A stretch of 29,487 bases of DNA, taken from positions 1 through 29,487 of the forward strand of contig JAKQQL010000035.1 in NCBI GenBank assembly GCA_029564175.1. Direction: 5' to 3'. Source of the DNA: Candidatus Cloacimonadota bacterium. GTDB taxonomy: Bacteria; Cloacimonadota; Cloacimonadia; Cloacimonadales; WRIO01. Under the pieces are notes generated by a model. That model was not told where the DNA came from. It did no database searches and worked only from the letters and a program-made list of their open reading frames with translations. Below, piece by piece: positions 9,692 through 19,438 of this stretch. A program made the position numbers and the translations under genes. Numbering within the stretch: the first letter of the stretch is position 1; each line of letters starts with the position of its first letter.

Positions 9692-10618
9692 TTATTTCTT
9701 AAAATAAGTCAAAAACAATTTTTCTAAATTTAAGTCATGCATTTCAGGGACCCATAAGGGTCTGCTTTCAATCACTTCAAGACAGTTTTCTGCTTTGATT
9801 AGATTTTTTAATTCGTCTAAAGTATAATCATCTTTTACATCAAGCAGTTCATCCTTTTTTAGGATGATGCGAACAAGATATTGAAGATAAAACAAAATCA
9901 GTTCTTTGCTCTGAATCTCACTATGACCTGGAATGATCAGATTAAAATCAAAAGAATCTAGTCGTTTTAGTGTAGTCATATAAATCAGAGGATCTCCCCA
10001 GTAGAAATAAGGAATAGAAAAAAAACCTTCTGGAAAACCTAGAACAGTATCACCAGTGATTAAGACTTTGAGTTCCTCAATGAAAACACAAAGAGCTCCA
10101 TAACAATGACCTGGACTTTCAATTAAATGCCAGGTAAAACTGTCATGAAATCGAACTTCTTCTTTTATAAGGATATTGGGGTGCACTAAGTCAGATCGGT
10201 TAATCTGCTTTTTTGAATGTGTTTCTTCAAGAATATCACATTGTTCTGTATGATTATTTGAATGATGCTTTACTTTGGCGGATTTAAATATACTTCTGTT
10301 ATTTTTTTCTTGATGAAGGACTTTTCTTTCAATCAAGAGTGTATCTAAATAGTCCTGATGAGCAATTATGATCGTTCCTTCATCTCTGAGCATTTGATTA
10401 CCCAAACAATGATCACTGTGCCAATGTGTATTGATCAGATATTTTAATGGTTTTTGTTTTTCTTTTAAAAAATGCTTGAGTGCTTTTATATCAGAAGGTA
10501 AAAGCAGTGTATCAATCAAAGTGAGAAAATCACCACAATCGATTACAACTGCATTAACCTTCAGAGTGGATGCCTGAGCAACCGTTATATAATCATTAAT
10601 CTGATTAAATTGAACCAT
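9692..10618 (-). CDS. Metallo-beta-lactamase-fold hydrolase
   Basis: IDT, THWHSDH (HxHxDH), PGH, TGD, IIPGH. Confidence 0.9.
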   Translation of the reverse strand: MVQFNQINDYITVAQASTLKVNAVVIDCGDFLTLIDTLLLPSDIKALKHFLKEKQKPLKYLINTHWHSDHCLGNQMLRDEGTIIIAHQDYLDTLLIERKVLHQEKNNRSIFKSAKVKHHSNNHTEQCDILEETHSKKQINRSDLVHPNILIKEEVRFHDSFTWHLIESPGHCYGALCVFIEELKVLITGDTVLGFPEGFFSIPYFYWGDPLIYMTTLKRLDSFDFNLIIPGHSEIQSKELILFYLQYLVRIILKKDELLDVKDDYTLDELKNLIKAENCLEVIESRPLWVPEMHDLNLEKLFLTYFKK

Positions 10619-11673
10619 TAATTATTTCGGATTTCCTGCCAGATTTTATCCACTTTTAAGACTTCTTCCCCTACATTGAGCAATAAGAAACATTTCTCCA
10701 GATATTCATTATCCGGATAGATATTCTTATTCAGGCGAATCTCTTCAGGTAAAAGTTCAAAAGCGGCCTGATTAGGGCTTGCATACTGAACAAAAAGTGC
10801 ATTGTCTTTTGCAGCTGATGCTGATAAAAGAAAATCAATAAATTGATGAGCTAGCTCTTTATTTTCAGAATTCTTTGGTATGACCAGAAAATCTATCCAT
10901 AAAGTAGAACCTTCTCGTGGTAAAGCAAAACCAACATTTGGATTTTCCTGCATCACTTGAAGTGCATCTCCATTATATGCCTGACCAAACCAGATAGTGC
11001 CATCCTGAACTTCATTTTTAAAACTATCTGAATCATATTGTGATATGTTTTTATCCCATGTTAAAAGTGTTTTATAGGCTTTATCAAGGCTTTCTGCTGA
11101 AAGATTATTAGGTTCAAATCCATTTGCAATTAAAGAAACACCCAAAACTTCCCGTGCATCATCCAACATGGTAATATTCTTTTTACCTTCAAAGCGTTTA
11201 TCTCCGATTATTTGCCATGAAACATCCTGCATTTCTGCTTCTGTCATATATTTCTTGTTATAGATTAAACCGCAGGTTCCCCAAAAATACGGTACTGAAT
11301 ACTGATTGCCGGCATCAAACTGTTGTGCTTTCTGGATAATAGCCGGATTCAAATTAGAATAGTTTTTTAACTTTGTTTTATCAATAGGTTCAAGTAATCC
11401 TTTTTGAGCTAAAATAGACACATGGTCACCACTAGGGACAATAATATCATATCGTGCCTGTGAAGTCATCATTTTTGTCAGCATATTTTCATTGGAATTA
11501 TAAGTATCATAGTTGATCTTACAATCATACTGTTTTTCAAATTCTTGAATCAATTCAGGTGCAATATAATCTGTCCAATTGAAAACATACAACACTTTTT
11601 TTGCTTTTTTCTGGCATGATATCATCGTAAAACAAACAGCCAATACCAATGCTATTTTCAATAATTTATTCAT
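10618..11673 (-). CDS. potD: Spermidine/putrescine ABC transporter substrate-binding lipoprotein (PotD family)
   Basis: Lipobox MISC; FNWTDYI, YNSNE, YDIIVPS, VPYFWGT.G, LDDARE, YNGD, P.EGS.LW.D. Confidence 0.9.
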   Translation of the reverse strand: MNKLLKIALVLAVCFTMISCQKKAKKVLYVFNWTDYIAPELIQEFEKQYDCKINYDTYNSNENMLTKMMTSQARYDIIVPSGDHVSILAQKGLLEPIDKTKLKNYSNLNPAIIQKAQQFDAGNQYSVPYFWGTCGLIYNKKYMTEAEMQDVSWQIIGDKRFEGKKNITMLDDAREVLGVSLIANGFEPNNLSAESLDKAYKTLLTWDKNISQYDSDSFKNEVQDGTIWFGQAYNGDALQVMQENPNVGFALPREGSTLWIDFLVIPKNSENKELAHQFIDFLLSASAAKDNALFVQYASPNQAAFELLPEEIRLNKNIYPDNEYLEKCFLLLNVGEEVLKVDKIWQEIRNN

Positions 11674-11716
11674 TTTTCCTCCATTTTCTGTTTAACAATT
11701 TAGTGATTTATAATGA

Positions 11717-13063
11717 TTATGTCAAGACATTTTTAAGTCTTCTGATTGGCACAGAAAACATTTCCATCTGAGATCTTGATTGAGCAAACCAAAATTCGAT
11801 ACCATCAAAACAGTTTTCTTCATCGACAGATTGAACCAACGGTGTTTTATTTTGTATGACATAAGGCAGATCAATCACTTTATCGTATGAAATATCACCG
11901 ATGTAATCTTTCACATTTTCTCCATTAAATCCTAATGGCGTACAATTGATTAAAAGGTCAAAATGTTTCTGATTTTTTTCAACAGCTTCGACTTTGTATT
12001 CAAACTTTAATTGCCCAATACGTATCTTGTTTCTGCCAAATATTTTTACCTGACTCATTTGATGTTCGTTTTCAGAAAGTGCGATCAGAGCACTTTCTGC
12101 AGTAGCTCCTGTTCCTACGATAACAACACGATGATGTTTTTCAATCATTAGTTTCTTAAATCCTTCATGAAAGGCAATCACATCTGTATTACAGTACTGT
12201 TTAAAGGGTAAATTATAAAAATTAACGGGATACCTTCTACCAGGCATATATTTGAATGGCATTGTAATAGAAAAACCATAAAAACGTACACCTGAATTCA
12301 TTACGAAATAAATAAAATCTTCTATATCTTCAGCAAAAAGCGGTATATAAGCGGCATCCTTCTCTATACACCCCAACCAACTGTTGTAAAATTTTAAACC
12401 TATTGATTTATAAATCTGACTACCCCCCAGCAATCCGCCAATCAGAGTCTTATCATTAATGATATGACCTTTTGTCATATAGAAAAACTCTCTGCTGATT
12501 TGGTTTTCAGCCGTTAAATGCCCTTCCAAACCGACATAAGTACCAATTGAATTGATATACCAGCTCATTAAACGAGAAAAATAGGACAATTTCCCTGTTG
12601 ATAAGGTAAAAAGTGCACCCGAAAAACTTCTGGTTAGTTCTCTTAAGCGTATTATCTGCTTATAGGTATCTGCTTTAACAACTAATTTGCAATATATAGG
12701 GATTTTTTTTTCAAAAAGATTGAGTGTCTCAACAATTTTTTCTTCATCAAAATCATCAAAATGTACAGATAAAATCATATTATCTGATAAATCTTCAAAA
12801 TCTTCATAGTTTTCAAGCTCTACATCAACCATACAATTAGATTGCTTTACTCTTTCGTGAAACAATCTTATTTTTTCCTGATAGGCAATTGTATCTGAAG
12901 AATCCATTCTCCAGGTCAAAATACTTTTATCATTTAGCGGTATATGCTCTGTCCTTCCAACTTTTTCCTGTATATCAAGTCTGTATTCTATCCATTCATT
13001 CTCTTTTAAATCTATTTCTTTGATATCCAGATCAGCTGGAATACTCACTACGATTATACTCAT
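11717..13063 (-). CDS. Bifunctional type I 3-dehydroquinate dehydratase / shikimate dehydrogenase (AroD-AroE fusion), divergent
   Basis: N-terminal half: EYRLD, LTWR, VDVEL, ILSVH, CKLV. C-terminal half: GFSITMPFK, NTD, GTGATA, INCTPLG, DLPY, Q...Q. Confidence 0.8.
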   Translation of the reverse strand: MSIIVVSIPADLDIKEIDLKENEWIEYRLDIQEKVGRTEHIPLNDKSILTWRMDSSDTIAYQEKIRLFHERVKQSNCMVDVELENYEDFEDLSDNMILSVHFDDFDEEKIVETLNLFEKKIPIYCKLVVKADTYKQIIRLRELTRSFSGALFTLSTGKLSYFSRLMSWYINSIGTYVGLEGHLTAENQISREFFYMTKGHIINDKTLIGGLLGGSQIYKSIGLKFYNSWLGCIEKDAAYIPLFAEDIEDFIYFVMNSGVRFYGFSITMPFKYMPGRRYPVNFYNLPFKQYCNTDVIAFHEGFKKLMIEKHHRVVIVGTGATAESALIALSENEHQMSQVKIFGRNKIRIGQLKFEYKVEAVEKNQKHFDLLINCTPLGFNGENVKDYIGDISYDKVIDLPYVIQNKTPLVQSVDEENCFDGIEFWFAQSRSQMEMFSVPIRRLKNVLT

Positions 13064-13157
13064 ATCATTTTCTCCTCAAAAACAAAGTAAGCTTTCAAAC
13101 GACAAGTATCATGCTTTATATACCTATCATATATGGGATACGACATTAGGGTTAACA

Positions 13158-14465
13158 TCACTGCCTTTTCTTAGACTCATCGACAATTCCTTCCCAAAGC
13201 TGTTTTACAAACAATGAATCCAACCCAATCATATCTGCCTTTTTACATAAATTGTCAAATAGCTGAGTTTCTCTTTCCGAATTAAACACGTCTAAATGGT
13301 TTTCGGTTTTATATCGTCCGATTGCTTCACTTATCTTCATCCTTCTGTATAATGCTATCAATATATCTTCATCGATCTTATCAATCGCTTCACGATAATC
13401 TAACAAATTCATTGATTTTTCTTCAATGAGATTCTGATAGGCAACCGCATCAGCCAGACAAAGTTTTACCATCGCTTCTATCACCGGTAAAATTCTTGGA
13501 ATCAAGCATACATCATGCCTGCCCTCAATCTCAATCTCTTTTTCATTCCCCTGTATATCAATGGTTTTTTGGCGCTTTCCAATTGAAGGAACGGCTTTGA
13601 CTGCTACTCTAAATAGAATATCTTGGCTATTAGAAACCCCTCCGGAGATTCCTCCCTGATGATTGCTTTCAAATCCATCTTTACTGATCTGATCATTACT
13701 TTCAGATCCCTTCATGTATGCAAGTTGAAAACCATTACCAAATTCAATTCCCTTTACACCGCCAATAGACATCACGGCTTTGGCAATATTGGCTTCCAGT
13801 TTCTCAAAAACAGGGTCACCCAAGCCTGATCTGACATGTTTTATCTCACACTGAACGATTGCACCAATACTGTCTTTCTCTGATTTGATACTATCCAAAT
13901 AAGCGCACAAGGCATCATAATTCTCAGAATCAGGCCATTTAAGCTGATTATCTGCCATAAATTCTCTATTGATGGTTTTAATTTCAAAAGAACCTATACG
14001 AACAGGGTATGAATATATATCCATAGGCTTAATCAGTTCATCAAGCATTTCTCCAGCGATTACCCTGGATATGGTTTCTCGCCCGCTGGCTCTGCCCCCA
14101 CCTCTCCAATCATATATTTTAAACTTCTGATACCAGCTGTATTCTGCATGACCAGGTCTGAATATATCTCTTAAAGCATAGTAATCTTCTGGTCTCTTAT
14201 CTGTATTATAGACCACGATGCAAATAGGCATACCAGTTGTTCGACCTTCAAAAACGCCTGAGAGAACATAAAATTCATCCAATTCTCTTCTGGAACTGCT
14301 ATACACAGAATGAGCCGGTCTTCGCTTTCGTAAAGCCTCTTTAATCTGCTCATAAGGAAACTCAATATTCGGTTTTACATCTTCAATCACAATCCCTACG
14401 GCATCACCATGACTTTCGCCAAAACAGGTAAACCCAAGATATTTCTGTAAAAAATTGCTTCTCAT
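13158..14465 (-). CDS. aroC: Chorismate synthase with a C-terminal AroQ-type chorismate mutase domain
   Basis: [34 protein letters not shown]. The last ~85 aa ([20 protein letters not shown]...IG.YK...ERE...ES..Q) match the CM type II pattern. Confidence 0.93.
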   Translation of the reverse strand: MRSNFLQKYLGFTCFGESHGDAVGIVIEDVKPNIEFPYEQIKEALRKRRPAHSVYSSSRRELDEFYVLSGVFEGRTTGMPICIVVYNTDKRPEDYYALRDIFRPGHAEYSWYQKFKIYDWRGGGRASGRETISRVIAGEMLDELIKPMDIYSYPVRIGSFEIKTINREFMADNQLKWPDSENYDALCAYLDSIKSEKDSIGAIVQCEIKHVRSGLGDPVFEKLEANIAKAVMSIGGVKGIEFGNGFQLAYMKGSESNDQISKDGFESNHQGGISGGVSNSQDILFRVAVKAVPSIGKRQKTIDIQGNEKEIEIEGRHDVCLIPRILPVIEAMVKLCLADAVAYQNLIEEKSMNLLDYREAIDKIDEDILIALYRRMKISEAIGRYKTENHLDVFNSERETQLFDNLCKKADMIGLDSLFVKQLWEGIVDESKKRQ

Positions 14466-14524
14466 TTTTACTTCTCTCTTATGATTGATAATAATCCATG
14501 AAGATTGTTATTCAAAAAATCCAT

Positions 14525-15010
14525 TTACTTCATTACAGCGATAGTGATACCTAAAGCAATGTTTATCAATGTAATAATCCACATGCTTCTGGTAATTTTT
14601 CTTGAACTGTCTTTTATTGCCTGAGCCTGAGTTTGAGCCAGATATATCTGAAATTCTCTGTCATTCATCTCATCAATATTTTTTAAAGTGCCTGGTCTGA
14701 CCATATCAGGATAGTCAGTCGATTCAATCTGAAAGCCTTTCGCTGAATCTGGATTAATAGATGTAACTATCCAGTCTTTTTTTTCAAAGAATATCTCTTT
14801 CTGATTCCCGCTCCAATTTTGTGTATTGATATAACGAATATCTTCTTTGTTTAATTTATAAAGTTTATTACAATGAGTTACAAAAAGTGTATCATTCTTT
14901 TTCCCTACGATTTCGCATTTCACTTTAAGATCATCTTTAAATTCAATCGTAACAGCCGAAACACCGGTTAATATTACTGCCATTAATACAATAGAAATTG
15001 GTTTTTTCAT
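14525..15010 (-). CDS. Hypothetical exported protein with a C-terminal hydrophobic helix
   Basis: Start MKKPISIVLMAVILTGVSA (signal-peptide-like; ATG at 15010, GGTG upstream); C-terminal SMWIITLINIALGITIAVMK. Confidence 0.7.
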   Translation of the reverse strand: MKKPISIVLMAVILTGVSAVTIEFKDDLKVKCEIVGKKNDTLFVTHCNKLYKLNKEDIRYINTQNWSGNQKEIFFEKKDWIVTSINPDSAKGFQIESTDYPDMVRPGTLKNIDEMNDREFQIYLAQTQAQAIKDSSRKITRSMWIITLINIALGITIAVMK

Positions 15011-15371
15011 AGTTTCACCATTCAATAGTATTTTAAAAACCAAACTTATTAATGATCATTATTTATGCAAGTTTTTTTTAAATTTAAATTTTTAATTTTA
15101 ATTTTTTTTTGATTTTTTTCTATTTCATCCTTATCCTTCCCTTATACCTTCCTTATCTAAAACGTAATACATATAAATTATTTTTAAATCACTTAATCGA
15201 ATGAATAAATTAATAAAATTCGTATTCGTCCTTTAAACGTTATAGACAAAATCTATATCAATATACTTGATCGTTTTTTAATCAATTCAGGTTTCTCTAT
15301 CAGCAAAAAAGGTATTTTTGTAATTTTTATGGCTGAACTTAGTTTTAAATTTAAACGAGTGTATTTTTTAA

Positions 15372-15399
15372 TTGACTCAATTGAACATTCATAAATAAT
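15372..15399 (+). promoter_or_regulatory. Putative sigma70 promoter of the skp-lpx operon
   Basis: TTGACT-16 nt-AATAAT about 40 nt upstream of the GGAGG RBS and ATG. Confidence 0.45.
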
Positions 15400-15439
15400 G
15401 TCTTAAAATTAGCATAAAAAACATATAATTGGAGGAATA

Positions 15440-15958
15440 ATGAAAAAAATGATCATTCTCAGCGCACTTATCATGGTGTTATTTGGTGTTTTATCTGCAC
15501 AAAACCTGAAGATTGCCTATATCGACAGTGAAAAGATTATGGCTGAATCAAAAGACACAAAAGAAGCACAGAGCTTGTTTCAAAAAGACAGAGATGGCTG
15601 GAAAAAGCAAGTTGATGATCTGGATGCTGAAATCCAAAGACTTGAAAATGATTACAATACCAAAAAATTAACCCTCTCAGCAAGTGGTAAAAAACAGGCT
15701 GAAGAAAAGATTGAAGCAAAAAAAACAGAACGTAAAACACTTATAGAAAGTATCTTCGGTGAAAATGGACGTGCTGCTGCCAGAAACGCAGAACTCCTTC
15801 AACCAATCATGACTAAACTTAGAAACATCATTGAAAAAGTTTCTGTTGAAGAAAACTATGCCATGATTTTTGATGCTTCCAGTGCAGGTATCATTTGGGC
15901 TCAGCCTAAACTCGATATTACTGAAAGAATCATTCTTGAAATGAATAAAACGGAATAA
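15440..15958 (+). CDS. skp: OmpH/Skp periplasmic chaperone
   Basis: Signal peptide, KIAYIDSEKI, coiled-coil middle, Y.MIFD...I.WA.P.LDIT; position upstream of lpxD. Confidence 0.92.
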   Translation: MKKMIILSALIMVLFGVLSAQNLKIAYIDSEKIMAESKDTKEAQSLFQKDRDGWKKQVDDLDAEIQRLENDYNTKKLTLSASGKKQAEEKIEAKKTERKTLIESIFGENGRAAARNAELLQPIMTKLRNIIEKVSVEENYAMIFDASSAGIIWAQPKLDITERIILEMNKTE

Positions 15959-15961
15959 GGC

Positions 15962-16993
15962 ATGAAATATTTTAGAAACGAACTCAGCTTATCAGCCATC
16001 AGTCAGTTTCTTAATCTTAATATACCTGCTGACAAGGCAAATCTGATTTTCAATAATGTCGCAGAATTAACAGAAGCAAACAGCCAGTCTGTTTGCTTTT
16101 TTGAAAATGAGAAATATCTGAATCAAGCTGAAAATTCTAAAGCAGGTATGATTTTTGTCTCTGATAGTTGCACACTAAAAAGTGATGCACTTTTAATACA
16201 AGTGGCAAAGCCTTATCTGAGCTTCATGACGCTGGTTACTATCTGGTTGCAATTAGACGCTAAGAGTAAGCAGGCAAGCATAGCTGATTCTGCTAAGATA
16301 GCTTCAACTGCTCAGATTGGCAACAATGTGACGATTGGTCATCACGTAGTCATTGAAGACGATGTCCAGATTGATGAAAATTCCATCATAGAAGCAAATA
16401 CAGTCATTAAAGAAAATGTCAAAATAGGCAAATCTTGCCATCTTTTTCCAAATGTTACGATTTATCAGGATTGCATACTTGGAAATCAGGTATCTATCCA
16501 CTCCGGAACAGTGATTGGCGCAGATGGTTTTGGCTATGTTTTAATGAATAATCAGCAAATTAAAATCCCTCAGGTAGGCAATGTGATTATTGAAGATCAG
16601 GTGGAAATTGGTGCCTGCACTTGTATCGACAGAGCAACAATAGGCTCTACTGTAATAAAAAAAGGCACAAAAATTGACAATCTGGTTCAGGTAGGTCATA
16701 ACTGTACCATTGATGAAAATAGTATATTATGCGCCCAGGTAGGTCTTGCCGGTAATTCATCTGTTGGCAAGACAGTCTATTTGGCTGGACAAGTTGGAGT
16801 AGCAGGCCATCTTCATATCGAAGATGAAACAATGGTAGGTGCTCAATCTGGAGTCGCATCTTCGATTAATAAGGGGAAATATTTTGGTACTCCTGTGATG
16901 CCAGTTCAACAGCAACTAAGAGTAACAGCTTGTCTGAAAGATCTGCCTGAAATAACAAAATATGTAAAACAAATGATGAGAGAGAAAAAATGA
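15962..16993 (+). CDS. lpxD: UDP-3-O-(3-hydroxyacyl)glucosamine N-acyltransferase
   Basis: Hexapeptide repeats; [30 protein letters not shown]. Confidence 0.97.
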   Translation: MKYFRNELSLSAISQFLNLNIPADKANLIFNNVAELTEANSQSVCFFENEKYLNQAENSKAGMIFVSDSCTLKSDALLIQVAKPYLSFMTLVTIWLQLDAKSKQASIADSAKIASTAQIGNNVTIGHHVVIEDDVQIDENSIIEANTVIKENVKIGKSCHLFPNVTIYQDCILGNQVSIHSGTVIGADGFGYVLMNNQQIKIPQVGNVIIEDQVEIGACTCIDRATIGSTVIKKGTKIDNLVQVGHNCTIDENSILCAQVGLAGNSSVGKTVYLAGQVGVAGHLHIEDETMVGAQSGVASSINKGKYFGTPVMPVQQQLRVTACLKDLPEITKYVKQMMREKK

Positions 16994-18384
16994 AAGAATT
17001 TAAACAAACTATAGCAGGTCAAATCTCCTATACTGGTGTCGGTTTACATCTTGGAGAAATTACAACCATTACGTTCAAACCGGCTGAACCAAACGAAGGA
17101 ATCACGTTTGTTCGCGTTGATCTTCCTGATCAACCTGTCATTCCTGCTGATATAGATCATGTATTAGACATTTCAAGAGGCACAACACTTGGCATAAAAG
17201 GGAAAGGTTCTGTAGCAACCGTTGAGCACGTCTTGTCTGCTGTTAAAGGCTTAAAAATTGACAATATCCGCTGCGAAGTCAACGGACCAGAAGTGCCTGT
17301 TGCTGATGGGTCTTCACTTGTTTTTCTACGCCTGCTCAAAGAAGTGGGTTTAGTGGAACAGGATGCAGAAAGAGAATACTTTGAATTAACCGAGCCTATA
17401 TCATTCTCAGCACCAGATGACAATGTCGATATCGTCATTGTACCTTCCAATGAACTAAAAATTACCTTTATGGTAGAATACCAACATAAAAATTTGGGAA
17501 CCCAGTACACCTGGTTGCCATCACTGGATGTCTTTGAAAAAGACTTTGCTCCAGCAAGAACCTTCTGTTTCCTTCATGAAATCCTGGCACTGAAAGAAGC
17601 AGGATTAATCAAGGGGGGTTCTCTGAATAATGCACTGGTTGTCTCTGATCCAGATAAAGATACTGCTGAAATTGAAAAACTCAGACAACTGTTCAATTAT
17701 ACAAAAGAGATTAAAACCAATGAGTATGGTCTTTTAAATACAACTGAGCTCAGATTTTACAATGAGTTTGTCAGACATAAAGTCGTTGATCTGATTGGAG
17801 ATATTGCATTATTAGGTATGCCAATAAAAGGGCATATCCTGGCAGCCAGATCTGGTCATAAAACCAATGTGGAATTAGTCAAAAAGTTGAAACAAATTCT
17901 TAAGAAACAGGAACTTCAAAAGATTTATCAGAAAAAGAAAAGCAATGAAGTAGTTTTCGATATCAATGCGATCATGAAAATATTACCTCATCGTTATCCT
18001 TTCCTCCTGGTTGATAAGATCACTGAATTCATCCCGGGCGAAAGTATTACCGGCATGAAAAATGTAACCATGAATGAGCCTTTCTTCCAGGGACATTTTC
18101 CTGATCATCCGGTGATGCCTGGAGTTTTAATTGTAGAAGCTATGGCTCAAACTGGCGGTATTATGCTTTTGAATACGATGTCCAATCCAGAAGAATATGT
18201 CGCTTATTTCGCATCCATTGACAATGTCAAATTCAGAAAACCGGTTTTACCCGGCGATACACTTCGTTTTGAACTCAAAGCCATCTCCATGAAAACCTTC
18301 ATTACTAAAATGCACGGTGACGCTTACGTCGGAGATGAAAAGGTATGCGAAGGCGATTTCCTGGCAAAAGTGGTTAAAAAATGA
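16990..18384 (+). CDS. lpxC: Bifunctional LpxC deacetylase / FabZ dehydratase
   Basis: [34 protein letters not shown]-terminal FabZ domain [30 protein letters not shown]. Confidence 0.97.
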   Translation: MKEFKQTIAGQISYTGVGLHLGEITTITFKPAEPNEGITFVRVDLPDQPVIPADIDHVLDISRGTTLGIKGKGSVATVEHVLSAVKGLKIDNIRCEVNGPEVPVADGSSLVFLRLLKEVGLVEQDAEREYFELTEPISFSAPDDNVDIVIVPSNELKITFMVEYQHKNLGTQYTWLPSLDVFEKDFAPARTFCFLHEILALKEAGLIKGGSLNNALVVSDPDKDTAEIEKLRQLFNYTKEIKTNEYGLLNTTELRFYNEFVRHKVVDLIGDIALLGMPIKGHILAARSGHKTNVELVKKLKQILKKQELQKIYQKKKSNEVVFDINAIMKILPHRYPFLLVDKITEFIPGESITGMKNVTMNEPFFQGHFPDHPVMPGVLIVEAMAQTGGIMLLNTMSNPEEYVAYFASIDNVKFRKPVLPGDTLRFELKAISMKTFITKMHGDAYVGDEKVCEGDFLAKVVKK

Positions 18385-18391
18385 TAACAAT

Positions 18392-18447
18392 TTGTACCGC
18401 AAGCTGCCAGCTTGTGAAATGTTGTACCGCAAGCTACCAGCTTGCGA
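18392..18447 (+). repeat. Two tandem REP-like palindromes (30-nt period)
   Basis: TTGTACCGCAAGCTGCCAGCTTGTGA (18392-18417) and TTGTACCGCAAGCTACCAGCTTGCGA (18422-18447). An exact reverse-complement copy of the second lies at 27027-27052. Confidence 0.85.
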
Positions 18448-18452
18448 CAATT

Positions 18453-18491
18453 CCCCTCCACTGGAGGGGTGGCACGAAGTGACGGGGTGGT
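18453..18491 (+). repeat. GC-rich palindromic intergenic repeat (CCCCTCC..GGAGGGG type)
   Basis: CCCCTCCACTGGAGGGGTGGCACGAAGTGACGGGGTGGT. The 19-nt core recurs with one mismatch at 19370-19388. Confidence 0.6.
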
Positions 18492-18555
18492 AAGTGATTA
18501 ATCTTAGGAACCTACCCCTAATCTCATCAATAATAACTAATTATTAGAGGTTTGT

Positions 18556-19344
18556 ATGCAAACAATTCATCCAACAGCAATTGTTCATCCTAATGCCAAA
18601 TTAGGTGACAATATTAATATCGGTCCCTATTGCACAGTAGGTGAGCATGTAGTAATGGGTGAGGGAAACACCCTGGTTTCTCATGTGGTAATAGACGGAC
18701 ACACAACTATTGGCAATAACAATAAATTCTTCCCATTTTGCTCTATTGGTCTTCAACCTCAGGATCTTAAATATTCTGGAGAACCAACCAGAGTAGTAAT
18801 CGGAGACAATAATCATATCAGAGAATGTGTAACGATTCATGCGTCTGCTAATCTCAAAGAAGACACCACTTTAGGAAACAACTGCCTGATCATGGCTTAT
18901 GCGCATATCGCTCATAACTGTCATGTGGGTAACAATGTCATTCTGGCAAATTCCGTCAATCTGGCAGGTCATGTTCATATCCATGACTTTGTTACAATTG
19001 GCGGTGTTTCCGCTGTTCACCAGTTTGTGAAAATCGGTACGCATGCCTTTATCGGTGGTACTTCCGGCATCAAAAAAGATATTCCGCCTTATACACGTGG
19101 TCAGGGTATGGGACATTATAAAATCGTTGGGCTTAACAGCGTAGGTCTCAGCCGTAAAGGATTTCCAGAAGAAACGATCGAAGGTATAAAAAAGATTTAT
19201 CGCCTTTTCTATACCTCAAAACTCAATGTCAGCCAGGCAATGGAAGAAGCCTTAAAGATAGAAAATCCTACTCCTGAACAAAAAATCTTTATCGAATTCA
19301 TTCAAAATTCGGACAGAGGCATTACCCGATACAGTAAAGATTAA
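18556..19344 (+). CDS. lpxA: UDP-N-acetylglucosamine O-acyltransferase
   Basis: IHPTAIV, PQDLKY.GE, IRE.VTIH, HIAHNC, LAGHV, VHQF, GLN.VGL.R.GF. Confidence 0.97.
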   Translation: MQTIHPTAIVHPNAKLGDNINIGPYCTVGEHVVMGEGNTLVSHVVIDGHTTIGNNNKFFPFCSIGLQPQDLKYSGEPTRVVIGDNNHIRECVTIHASANLKEDTTLGNNCLIMAYAHIAHNCHVGNNVILANSVNLAGHVHIHDFVTIGGVSAVHQFVKIGTHAFIGGTSGIKKDIPPYTRGQGMGHYKIVGLNSVGLSRKGFPEETIEGIKKIYRLFYTSKLNVSQAMEEALKIENPTPEQKIFIEFIQNSDRGITRYSKD

Positions 19345-19361
19345 AATATTAAATACTGCTT

Positions 19362-19393
19362 AAAAAACACCCCTCCAATGGAGGGGTGTTTTT
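19362..19393. terminator. Bidirectional terminator between the convergent lpxA and surface-protein genes
   Basis: AAAAACACCCCTCCA-A-TGGAGGGGTGTTTTT perfect inverted repeat with A/T tails. Confidence 0.85.
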
Positions 19394-19438
19394 AACATAG
19401 TCGCCCATAATCAGCGTCTGGAAAGATTCTTAGCTTTA

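Noticed and set aside
16990..18384. LpxC-FabZ fusion as a novelty
   Set aside because: Well-known architecture in Bacteroidota/FCB bacteria.
18392..18447. Possible mini CRISPR array
   Set aside because: Only two units with 4-nt spacing, no unique spacers and no cas genes; better explained as REP-like palindromes.
18247..18450. 67-aa minus-strand ORF with repeated SQAGSLRY
   Set aside because: Translation of the tandem palindromic repeat plus antisense fabZ.
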